From assembly GCA_003519445.1 (NCBI GenBank), contig DOWS01000012.1, positions 14,134-59,929 on the forward strand: a stretch of DNA of 45,796 nt. The letters run 5' to 3'. Under the pieces are notes generated by a model. It was not told the origin of the DNA. It worked only from the letters and a program-made list of their open reading frames with translations, and did not search any database. Below are positions 37,401 through 45,755 of the stretch, piece after piece (within the stretch, counting starts at the first letter, position 1; each line of letters opens with the position of its first letter). The stretch comes from Candidatus Daviesbacteria bacterium. GTDB lineage: Bacteria; Patescibacteriota; Microgenomatia; Daviesbacterales; UBA10151. The position numbers and the translations under genes were made by a program.

Positions 37401-37663
37401 CCAGAGTTTTTAAAATATCGGAAAAAGTTCATCCTTCAGTGTTGGATCTTTTGCAAAAAGGCAAAATAGATTTGGCAATAAATATATCCATGCCCAGATC
37501 TGATCAGGGGGAGACAGATGGGTTTTTAATAAGAAGAAATTGTATTGATTTGGGAATTCCTTTAATTACCAATCTGCAGGCAGCAGAGCTGTTAGTTTCT
37601 GCCCTATCTTCCAAAAAAATGTCTGATTTGCAAATTAAAAGTTGGGATGAATATGTAAGCTAG
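34484..37663 (+). CDS. carB: Carbamoyl-phosphate synthase large subunit
   Basis: GEFDYSG, duplicated ATP-grasp, MGS domain. Confidence 0.98.
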   Translation: MKKVLVLGSGALKIGEAGEFDYSGSQALKALKEDLPVGRQEIQAVLINPNIATIQTSKDLAEKIYFLPVTPYFVEQVIKKERPDGIFLSFGGQTALNCGLELEKSGIFKKYKVVVLGTSVKTIQITEDRELFANSLDKISIKTPKGGFAKTAKEAEKIALKLGFPLLIRSGFSLGGLGSGVVSNIEELNKMAENALKHAPQIAVEEYLKHWKEIEYEVVRDKSSNKITVCNMENMDPLGIHTGESIVVAPSQTLNNYQYHMLRKISLQVIEHLGIVGECNIQFALNPKNNDYRVIEVNARLSRSSALASKATGYPLAYIAAKLALGYTLPELKNSVTKSTSAFFEPSLDYLVVKIPRWDLQKFAGGKDEIGSEMKSVGEVMAIGRSFPEALQKAIRMLETGQDGLLGNEIDETKLLPTTERLFVIAQRFSKGELVESIYKATGIDPWFLHQIKEMIEFEGSLQSSAFSYQTIAKAKKLGFSDKLLAKALKKSEDEIRKFRKKQGILPKVKHIDTLAGEFPARTNYLYLTYHGEESESQRVRESKKKKAIVLGSGPYRIGSSVEFDWCSVTAAKTLRAEGLETIIINCNPETVSTDYDSADKLYFEELTFERVSDIYEIEESASLVLGFGGQTPNNLAMSCFKAGYKTLGTLPESIDRAENRHKFSNILDKLNIDQPRWQNVRNTKEATAFAKKINYPVLIRPSYVLSGSAMNVAFSLSELKKYLKQASDVSSVHPVVISKFVEGAKEIEIDGVGQKGELLIYAISEHVENAGVHSGDATIVLPPQRLFLQTIRQIKDATKKILKELKISGPFNIQFLAKDNRISVIELNLRASRSFPFVSKVTGYNFVEMATKVMLGEKLAGDFKTLDLDYVGVKAPQFSFSRIKGADPRLRVEMSSTGEVACFGDDLQEAYLKALLSVGFKLPKKSVYLSLGGEKNKLEFIPFAKILSEMGLIIYATEHTSKVLKKHGIKNTRVFKISEKVHPSVLDLLQKGKIDLAINISMPRSDQGETDGFLIRRNCIDLGIPLITNLQAAELLVSALSSKKMSDLQIKSWDEYVS
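34585..34604. repeat. Palindromic in-frame element in carB
   Basis: CCTGCCTG-TCGG-CAGGCAGG, encoding LPVGRQ. Confidence 0.8.
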
Positions 37664-37696
37664 TTTTTTTGCGGGGAAAGTGCAATAATTGAGGAA

Positions 37697-38773
37697 ATGT
37701 TCATCCCTAAATACACAATTACAAATAAAATTCTAAAAGACATTGGCATTGTTGAGGCCTCCCGTGAGGTGATCATGCATGCCCCCTTAATACCTGCCTG
37801 GGAGGCTAAATTCAGAAAAGAAGCTATTGAGCGGACTATCCATCATGGAACCCACTTGGAAGGAAATCAGCTGTCTGAGGAAGAAGTCAAAGATGTGCTG
37901 GATGGCCATGAAGTGGTAGCCAGGGATCGCGATGTGCAGGAGGTATTAAATTACCGCAATGTTTTAAAGTTTATAGATGGGGTGGCTACGCAGATCGGTT
38001 CATCCGGAAATTACAATTTTACCATTGAAACTATTTTGGAAATTCACAAATTAACAACTGAAAAAATCCTGCCTGAAGGTTCAACAGGCAAGTTTAGGGT
38101 TAGACAGGTGGTTGTTAAAAATACCAAAACAGGAGAGATAAGCTATACACCCCCACCGGCTGTTGAAGTACCTTATCTGATAGAGGATTTGGTCAACTGG
38201 ATCAATTCTGATGAAGGAAAATCTGTTCAGCCAGTTATTAAAGCAGGAATTATTCATTATGAAATTGCCAGGATCCACCCTTTTGTTGACGGAAACGGCA
38301 GGGTGGCGCGGGCTGTTGCTACTTTACTTATGTTTTTGGATAACTATGACATCAGGAAGTTTTTTTCTTTTGAAGAATATTTTGATGAAAATCCCATGGA
38401 CTATTATTTAACACTTCAAGCAGTATCAAACCAGCTCGTACTAGATACACACGAGCGGGATTTAACCCCTTGGCTGGAGTATTTTACCGAAGGCGTGGCC
38501 ATTGAACTAAACAGGGTTAAGGAAAAAGTGCAAAGGATTTCTGTTGATGCAAGGGTTAAAGATAGGTTGGGGGAACAAGTGGTTTTGAATGAACGGCAGA
38601 TGATGATTATGGAGTATTTGCACAGGCATAACGGCATGAGTAACAGGGATTTTAGAAAAATTTTCCCTGATTTTTCCGATGATACGGTTTTGCGCGAGCT
38701 TAAATTCCTGCGCCAAAAAGGTTTGGTTAAAAAAGCCGGCGGCACCAAAAAAGCCCAATATGTATTAAAATGA
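37697..38773 (+). CDS. Fic family protein with C-terminal winged HTH
   Basis: HPFVDGNGRVAR. Confidence 0.93.
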   Translation: MFIPKYTITNKILKDIGIVEASREVIMHAPLIPAWEAKFRKEAIERTIHHGTHLEGNQLSEEEVKDVLDGHEVVARDRDVQEVLNYRNVLKFIDGVATQIGSSGNYNFTIETILEIHKLTTEKILPEGSTGKFRVRQVVVKNTKTGEISYTPPPAVEVPYLIEDLVNWINSDEGKSVQPVIKAGIIHYEIARIHPFVDGNGRVARAVATLLMFLDNYDIRKFFSFEEYFDENPMDYYLTLQAVSNQLVLDTHERDLTPWLEYFTEGVAIELNRVKEKVQRISVDARVKDRLGEQVVLNERQMMIMEYLHRHNGMSNRDFRKIFPDFSDDTVLRELKFLRQKGLVKKAGGTKKAQYVLK

Positions 38774-38815
38774 TCATTGACAGATGTGTTAAATTTTGTT
38801 AAAGTTTAACAAACT

Positions 38816-39082
38816 ATGCAAGTTACTACTACTATCTCATTTCCTAAAAATCTAGCTCTGGAGATGGAAAAACAGATAAACGAGGGCAAATTTACCTCCA
38901 GATCTGAATTTATCCGCTCTGCTGTTAGAACTTACCTACTTTTTCAAAAAGGAGAACTTTCCTGGGAAATTCTGGCAACCCCTTTCCGCACTTTTGCCAA
39001 ACAAACAAAGATGACAGAAGAAGATATTTTGGAAGTAGTGGAGAGAGGTAGAATTGGCAAGAATAAAAAGAGTGGTAATTGA
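38816..39082 (+). CDS. CopG/RHH antitoxin
   Basis: TISFP...SRSEFIRSAVR. Confidence 0.85.
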   Translation: MQVTTTISFPKNLALEMEKQINEGKFTSRSEFIRSAVRTYLLFQKGELSWEILATPFRTFAKQTKMTEEDILEVVERGRIGKNKKSGN

Positions 39083-39464
39083 TACTAATGTCTGGCTTTC
39101 AGCGCTTTATTTTTCCGGTAAACCCGCACAGGTAGTTAATCTTATTGAGGACAAGAAAATGATTTCTATTATCTCTGGTTTTATTCTGCAAGAAATTAAA
39201 GAAAAAATGGTAATTAATTTTGATACTCCTGTATATGCAGCCAATGCGACCATATCTTATATTTCTTCTTTATCTGAAGTAGCTTCCTTAAAAGGAGTGG
39301 ATTTTGACCTTCGTGATTCTGATGATAATCAAGTTTTAGAAACAGCAGTAGTGGGTAAATGCGATTTTCTAATAACAGGAGATAGGGATTTGTTAAGCTT
39401 AGAAAAATATAATCAGGTGAAAATGATCACCCCTGCTCAATTTTTAGCCAATTTTAAGATATAA
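39054..39464 (+). CDS. PIN-domain toxin
   Basis: VVIDTNVWLS...RDSDDNQVL...LITGDRDLL. Confidence 0.9.
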   Translation: MARIKRVVIDTNVWLSALYFSGKPAQVVNLIEDKKMISIISGFILQEIKEKMVINFDTPVYAANATISYISSLSEVASLKGVDFDLRDSDDNQVLETAVVGKCDFLITGDRDLLSLEKYNQVKMITPAQFLANFKI

Positions 39465-39511
39465 AATCTATTGTGTAGAGAAAAACCTGCAGGAGAATTT
39501 AAAAAAGGCAA

Positions 39512-39925
39512 TTAAGGTTTGATAGCAATAGCGTCTGCTGCCGAGAAAACTTCTAGAAGAAGAGGCTTTTTATTTTGAGGATCAAACGGGGGCTTAGAAA
39601 GATCTGTTAGTGGTTGCATTTCTGCATAGGCCGGTAGGTTTTCGTGACCAACGGTTAATCTGAATACAGGCATTTTATTATGAGTTAGGACTAATTGAGC
39701 TGCTTCATTTATTATTCCAGAAGGCTGTGATGAACATTCTGCTATCACCTGTGTTCCTTCCAATCTGAGTCTAGGTTCAGGTGCTACCCAGATAAGCATG
39801 TTTAAACCATTGCCACTACAGCCGATCCAACCTAAACGCTCAGCGCCTGGCCTTATTGCTAATCTTTCTTTTAGTGGGATTTCAATAGGAGGATCAACCT
39901 CCCAGTTAGCAAAAGAATTAGTCAT
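39512..39925 (-). CDS. Hypothetical protein
   Basis: 137-aa ORF with TAGAAT just upstream. Confidence 0.6.
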   Translation of the reverse strand: MTNSFANWEVDPPIEIPLKERLAIRPGAERLGWIGCSGNGLNMLIWVAPEPRLRLEGTQVIAECSSQPSGIINEAAQLVLTHNKMPVFRLTVGHENLPAYAEMQPLTDLSKPPFDPQNKKPLLLEVFSAADAIAIKP

Positions 39926-39988
39926 AAAACTATTCTACAATAGGATTATATTTATTACAATCCACGGAGTCTGGTTAAAAGGAGAAAA

Positions 39989-40036
39989 TAGTGTTAAAAT
40001 GAAGCTGTGGAATTTGGTAAACTGGCAGAGTATTTT
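39989..40036 (+). repeat. Copy of ligase promoter and 5' end
   Basis: 47/48 identity to 41111-41158. Confidence 0.95.
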
Positions 40037-41039
40037 ACAGCCTTTCTTTTATTTCGGCAATGGTTAGCCTTTCCTTATTTTGCAATCGCCTGATCTTTTT
40101 GACTTGTTCAACCATTGACGGTTCGTATAATTGATAACCTCCTTGCGAACGGTTTTTAACTTGCAGCAAGCCCTTTTGTGTCCAAAATCGCAATGTGTGA
40201 ATAGTTTCACCTGCTATTTTTGCCAATTCGCCAATTTTAAGAAGTTTACTGGTTTGAGCGGGGGATAAACCGGCCATTATGGGTTTTCCTTGTCCGGCGC
40301 TTAAGTATGCGTCAAGTGAACGCCCAGCAGCTTCCTCAACCAAATCGTAGAATGGTTTAAGATTATTTTGCTTTTGTGCCATTTCAAAAGTAGCAAGGTA
40401 AGCTATCCTATCCTCGTTTCTTATTACAGCCATGGGATAACCGTACATAAATAAAATTAAGTTCATCAGTAAGCGGGCAGTCCTACCGTTTCCGTCAATA
40501 AAAGGGTGAATACTGACGAACTTAAAGTGAGCGTCGGCGGCTATCCTTACCGGGTGCTCATCTTGCGTGCCATGCAACCAACTTATAAGCTCCTGCATGG
40601 AGTAGGGAACTGCATTAGGTCGGGGGAACTCTGTATCTGAACCGCGTATAAATACGTCTGTCGTGCGGTATTTGCCAGCCCACTTGTCATCAATACCATC
40701 CAAAATTATTTTATGGATAGCCTTAATATCCTCCCCGGTTATGAATTGGTGTCCTTTGCGTAGCTTGGCAAGTTTCTTGATAAACTCAATCGCTTTAGCG
40801 TGGTTGATTGCTTCTAACTGGTCTTTGAGCGGTTTTCCGCTTATAACAGCGGCTGTGCCGCGCTCAATGACCTCTGCTGTTTCAATGCGGGACAGGGTAT
40901 TGCCCTCAATGGCGTTAGAGGAGTAGGTAAGCTCAACCTTAAACCATTCCTCCAGGTTTTGAACCAGTTCCGGCGGTAATGGGCGCAACTTATCAAGCTG
41001 TGCTTTCTTTTTTATTAATTGTTTTAATTTGTCGTTCAT
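40035..41039 (-). CDS. Fic family protein with C-terminal MerR-type HTH
   Basis: SNAIEGN, HPFIDGNGRTAR, LLKIGELAK...TLRFW...GYQLY. Confidence 0.92.
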   Translation of the reverse strand: MNDKLKQLIKKKAQLDKLRPLPPELVQNLEEWFKVELTYSSNAIEGNTLSRIETAEVIERGTAAVISGKPLKDQLEAINHAKAIEFIKKLAKLRKGHQFITGEDIKAIHKIILDGIDDKWAGKYRTTDVFIRGSDTEFPRPNAVPYSMQELISWLHGTQDEHPVRIAADAHFKFVSIHPFIDGNGRTARLLMNLILFMYGYPMAVIRNEDRIAYLATFEMAQKQNNLKPFYDLVEEAAGRSLDAYLSAGQGKPIMAGLSPAQTSKLLKIGELAKIAGETIHTLRFWTQKGLLQVKNRSQGGYQLYEPSMVEQVKKIRRLQNKERLTIAEIKERL

Positions 41040-41128
41040 AGTAAAGTATAAAGCAACGCTTTATGCTTATTACTATACCGGATTAAATGGGGTTTGTCAA
41101 GTGGTTGGGTTAGTGTTAAAATGAAGCT

Positions 41129-42838
41129 GTGGAATTTGCTAAACTGGCAGAGTATTTTGAAAAGCTGGAAGAGACTTCTTCAAGACTTGCTTTAATTGAT
41201 ATCCTGTGTGACTTATTCTCCCAGGTTAAAAAAGAAGAAATAGCTCAAGTTTGTTATTTACTTCAAGGCAGGGTAGCCCCATTTTATGAACCGATTGAAC
41301 TGGGGATGAGTGAGAAGTTAGTTGCTGCTGCTTTGGCCAGAGCCTATGGATCCAGCAAAGAAGATATCCTCAAACTTTACGGAAAATTGGGGGATATGGG
41401 GTTAGCTGCGCAGCAGCAAAGTTCAAAGTTCAAAGTTCAAAGTTCAAAGTTATCAGTTACAGAAATTTTTACTACATTAGTGCAGATTGCTAAAACCAGT
41501 GGCGAAGGAACTGTTGAGAAAAAAGTGTCTGCTTTGGCCGGACTTTTGCAAAAAGTTGATCCTATTTCTGCTAAACATCTGGTCAGGGTGCCTTTGGGGG
41601 TATCCCGTTTGGGCATTGGTGACCCGACTATTTTGGATGCATTTGCTAAATTAAAGCTGGGGGACAGATCTAAAAGAAAACTTTTGGAAGGAGCGTATAA
41701 CCGGGTGTCTGATTTGGGCTTAATAGGTGAGACTTTATGGGAAAAAGGTCTGAAGGGAGTAGAGGGACTGCAGGTGCAAGTGGGCAGGCCAATTAGATCA
41801 CAGCTGGCTGAGCGATTGCCCACTGCTGAAAAAGTAATCGAGAAAATGGTTAAAGTTAACGCGCAAAAAAAATTAGATGGATTCAGGGTGCAAATACATA
41901 AAGATAGGGAAAATATCCGGCTTTTTTCGAGGAATTTAGAAGAAACTACTCCTATGTTCCCGGAGATTGTGGCATCTGCCCAAAAACAAATCAAGGCCAA
42001 AACCGCTATTTTAGATTGTGAGGCTATTGGCTTTAATCCCATATCCGAGGAATTTTTGCCCTTTCAGGAAACCACCCAAAGACGCAGAAAATACGGCATT
42101 GTTGAAATGGCTAAAAAAATTCCCCTCAAAGCTTTTTGTTTTGACATTTTGTATAAAGACGGCAAATCATTAATAGATCAGGAATTAGGGACTAGGTTAG
42201 AGGAATTAGAAAAGACAATTGATAATGGCGAAACTATTTTAATAGAAAAAGGGGAAATTGTAGATGATGCAGGGAAGCTGCAAATAATACTGGATGAGGC
42301 TATTTCAATAGGTCTAGAGGGTTTAGTGGTAAAACGGCCGGATTCAAAATATGAGGCAGGGGCCAGGAATTTTAACTGGGTGAAGTTAAAAAGGCATAGT
42401 TCAGGGGAACTGCAGGATACCATTGACTGCGTGATTTTGGGATATATTTTTGGCAAAGGCAAAAGAGTTTCTTTTGGGGCCGGGGCCTTACTGGTGGGGG
42501 TTTATGATGATAAAAAAGATGAGTTCGTGACTGTTTCTAAAATAGGCACGGGGTTAACTGATGAGGAATGGAGAAGTATTGAAGTAAAAAGTAAAAACTT
42601 AAAAGTAAAAAATAAGCCGGCAAGGGTGAACTCGAAAATTACTCCCAGCGTGTGGGTGGAGCCAAAAATTGTGATTGAAGTATTGGCAGATGAGATTACC
42701 AAAAGCCCGCTGCACACAGCCGGTTTGGCTTTGCGTTTTCCCAGATTAATTAAATTTAGGGAGGCCGACAAAAAAGCAGAAGATGCAACAACCTTAAAAG
42801 AACTGATGGAAATGTATAAACAACAGTTTAAAAAATAA
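41129..42838 (+). CDS. lig: ATP-dependent DNA ligase
   Basis: KLDGFRVQIH, EGLVVK, WVKLK, LRFPR. Confidence 0.95.
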   Translation: MEFAKLAEYFEKLEETSSRLALIDILCDLFSQVKKEEIAQVCYLLQGRVAPFYEPIELGMSEKLVAAALARAYGSSKEDILKLYGKLGDMGLAAQQQSSKFKVQSSKLSVTEIFTTLVQIAKTSGEGTVEKKVSALAGLLQKVDPISAKHLVRVPLGVSRLGIGDPTILDAFAKLKLGDRSKRKLLEGAYNRVSDLGLIGETLWEKGLKGVEGLQVQVGRPIRSQLAERLPTAEKVIEKMVKVNAQKKLDGFRVQIHKDRENIRLFSRNLEETTPMFPEIVASAQKQIKAKTAILDCEAIGFNPISEEFLPFQETTQRRRKYGIVEMAKKIPLKAFCFDILYKDGKSLIDQELGTRLEELEKTIDNGETILIEKGEIVDDAGKLQIILDEAISIGLEGLVVKRPDSKYEAGARNFNWVKLKRHSSGELQDTIDCVILGYIFGKGKRVSFGAGALLVGVYDDKKDEFVTVSKIGTGLTDEEWRSIEVKSKNLKVKNKPARVNSKITPSVWVEPKIVIEVLADEITKSPLHTAGLALRFPRLIKFREADKKAEDATTLKELMEMYKQQFKK

Positions 42839-42884
42839 ACTTTGAAAACGACTCAGGATTAGTATATTTAAAAACTGATATAAT

Positions 42885-44881
42885 ATGTTTAGAGTGACAT
42901 TGAGTAGGGAGCGTATGGAAGAATCAGAAGCAGTCAATTCATTACTGAAAAATAAGTACAATCTTCATATTTCTTCAGAGGTAGGCACTGCTGCAAAACG
43001 CACCAAGATGCGAACTGGAGAAAGAGTTCCCCAGAATCCTTTAGATAGAATACAAAATTACCTAAACCGCTTTCATGACATTTTAGACCAGGATACTTCT
43101 GACAAAAGAGAACATGTTTTGGATTTAATAAAATGGCGTTTCCATAGAAAATATGTCATCAAGCCTAATGAAATACCGGAAGATTATTTTGAAAATCAAA
43201 GAAGGCTGGCAAGAGAACAAGGTCATGGAGATATTCAGATTGATGCGCAAACAAGAAAACAATTAACAGAAGTAATCATCGCAGATCAAACATCAAGCCT
43301 TGATAAATGGATGGATTATCTCTCTTCCCCTGATGCGCCATATTCTGATGGACTTAAATACTGGATTTTAAGAAGTGTTGTGGATATGGCTGAATATGAT
43401 AAAGACAGAAAAGCCTATCCTCAAAGATCTAAAGGCACTACCAAACCATTCCCTGATTTAGATCGAGAAGCTCTTGCATATGTAGATGATGCCATTAAGA
43501 AAAAATACCAAAGCAAACAGTAGAGGAAAGAGCAGCCGAAGCACGGCAGATAGAACAGGAAGAAAAAGATCTTACTTCCGAAGAAAGTCAGCAACGCGCA
43601 GCTGACAGAAAAGAATTTGGCAAACTTCTTCAAACGGAGAATTTTGCTAGGTTGTATGCTTGGGCTATTGAAAAGGTTACTCCTGCAACAGAAGAAGAGC
43701 TTTCCGGAATAGGTGGTCACTGGGTGAAGTATACACAAGGTTCTGATGTTATGCCACTCGTACAATCCTTGCAGGGACATGGCACTGGTTGGTGTACTGC
43801 CGGAGTGTCTACTGCAAAGATACATCTTCAGGGTGGAGATTTTTATGTTTACTATTCTATGGATAAAAGTGGTAAACCCACTGTACCAAGAGCTGCTATC
43901 AGAATGGAAGAAAATAGGATTGCTGAAGTAAGGGGAATTGCCCCGGAGCAAAACCTAGATACAGGAGCAGTAGCTATTGTGGAAGGAAAATTAAAAGAAT
44001 TTCCTGATGGGACTTCTTATCAAAAAAGAGTATCGGATATGCGAAGGCTAACAAATATTGAAAACCAAATAAAAGAAGGTCATAGTCCTACAGGTGAAGA
44101 TTTGGCATTTCTTTATGAAATAAATGCTCCTATTGAAGGTTTTGGATATAGTAAAGATCCGCGTATTGGAGAGATAAGGTCACAAAGAAATTCAGAAGAA
44201 GATATGCCAATCGTCTTTGGCTGCTCAAGAGATCAAATTGCTAAGAGTGTTAGGGAAATTAAAGCAGATACAAAGGCCTATGTAGGACCTCTGCAAACAG
44301 GTATTTTTGACAGATTAAAGGGTATTGAACATGTCTATACTTCCTTTCCTGAAGGGAAAATAAGAAGACAAACAGTTGAGATTGGTGGAAAATCAAAGGA
44401 TCAACTAAAAGCTGAGCTTAAGCAAGCTGGTATAAACATAAGCTCATATGTAGATGATATGCTTGAAAGTCCGGATTTTACTACTCTTAAAGCCCCAGAG
44501 GGATTAGATACAGTAAGATTAAAGGTTGGAGATTTAGGTTTAACAGGTGCTCCCACAACTGATCAGGTTTACGCAAAAGCCAAAGAGTTAGGGTTGGAGC
44601 TTTGCCCTGCTGAAGTTGGTCCTCACCTTAGGTTAAAAGATACGAATCAACCCTTAGGAGAATGGTACTGGATTGCAATGAAACAAATTACTTCCCGTCT
44701 TGGCGATCCGCGCGTGTTCGATCTGGCGCGCGATGAGGGCGGAGTGTGGCTGAACTACTCTTGGGCTAGGCCTGACTCTGCGTGGCGTCCCAGCCGTGAG
44801 TTTGTCTTCGGTCTCCGCAAGTCAGTTGAAACTCAAAACACTCCGACCCCTGGACTCTTTGACAGAATTTTCAGACGTTGA
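42885..44881 (+). CDS. DGR target protein, split by a -1 frameshift at 43499-43520 (ORFs 42885-43523 and 43652-44881)
   Basis: Second frame is open from 43499; C-terminus contains the VR. Confidence 0.8.
44690..44823 (+). repeat. DGR variable repeat (VR)
   Basis: 134-bp ungapped match to 45206-45339; 27 mismatches, all opposite A in the other copy. Confidence 0.97.
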
Positions 44882-44909
44882 TGCTTTGGCTGCTTGACCC
44901 TTGGCTTTC

Positions 44910-44920
44910 CCGCGGAGCGG
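44910..44920 (+). other. Candidate DGR cis-acting hairpin
   Basis: CCGC-GGA-GCGG downstream of VR. Confidence 0.45.
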
Positions 44921-45205
44921 TCGATACAAATTTTTAAATTCACAGCTTATAAATCTTCATAATGATATACTCATATTAGATTGGTTATATTGAACGGCTA
45001 AGGTTTTTCAAGACCTTTCCGGCAGATACAAATTGAGAATATGCAAGGTTATGGCTTTGTATAGAGTGATTAGTATTTTGCCTATAAAAAAAGAATATAC
45101 TTGGTGTGGTGTGCTGGTGGATTTTATATCCCAAAGAAAATACAGCCATGTGTCTTATGCTAAACATATTACACAGGCAGTGAAACAGATGGCACATCAT
45201 ACTTA

Positions 45206-45339
45206 ACTAACCGTAATGGCAATCCGAACGTGTTCAATCTGGAACGCAATGAGGACGGAATGTGGCTGAACAACAATTGGGCTAAACCTGACAATACGTG
45301 GAATCCCAACAATGAGTTTGTCTTCGGTCTCCGAAAGTC
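45206..45339 (+). ncRNA. DGR template repeat (TR)
   Basis: AAC/AAT-rich copy of VR; adenine-specific differences. Confidence 0.95.
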
Positions 45340-45348
45340 TTGTCTTTT

Positions 45349-45375
45349 CCGCACTACAAGGTGCGGTTTTTCTTT
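45349..45375 (+). terminator. Hairpin + T-tract 3' of TR, overlapping the avd stop
   Basis: CCGCAC-TACAAG-GTGCGG-TTTTTCTTT. Confidence 0.55.
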
Positions 45376-45755
45376 TGTGGAGTGTCTAAGCTTTTTCTCC
45401 ATCCCCACAGCATCTTGCCTATCTCATCCATCCTGACTGCTATTTCTTCATACTGCTTATTAGCGATAAATTTACCATCCCACGCTGTAGATATGAGAAA
45501 CTTAAGAATATCTGAGGCAAAAATACACTCGGAGATTTTTTCGGCCTTTTTCTCTTTTTCGCTAAAATATGAAGCATATGTTAGTTCTAAAAGATCAAGA
45601 AACTTATTTTCAATCCTTGCACCGATTGTGTAACGAGCTGTTTTAGGAATATGAGGAACAATAGCCATCCAAACCAGATACCCCTCTTTAATCTTGTTCA
45701 GGATCGATGCGTTCCCGAGAGAGAGAGAGAGAGAGAGAGTAGAATTCCGTTTCAT
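45354..45755 (-). CDS. avd: Avd-like accessory protein (four-helix bundle)
   Basis: HIPKTARYTIGARIE...D.LKFL...EIGKMLWGW, adjacent to TR; ATG 45755. Confidence 0.85.
   Translation of the reverse strand: MKRNSTLSLSLSLGNASILNKIKEGYLVWMAIVPHIPKTARYTIGARIENKFLDLLELTYASYFSEKEKKAEKISECIFASDILKFLISTAWDGKFIANKQYEEIAVRMDEIGKMLWGWRKSLDTPQKKNRTL
45717..45739 (-). repeat. (TC)11 microsatellite in the 5' coding region of avd
   Basis: (GA)11G on + strand; encodes TLSLSLSL, in frame. Confidence 0.95.

Noticed and set aside
41437-42771. Antisense ORFs within ligase (likewise within carB, polA, MFS and the DGR target)
   Set aside because: Shadow frames of well-supported genes with no motifs
44985-45200. 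71-aa minus-strand ORF between target and TR
   Set aside because: No recognisable features; region more likely holds the TR promoter/leader
45230-45436. 68-aa ORF over TR
   Set aside because: It is the VR reading frame mirrored in TR; TR is expected to act as RNA
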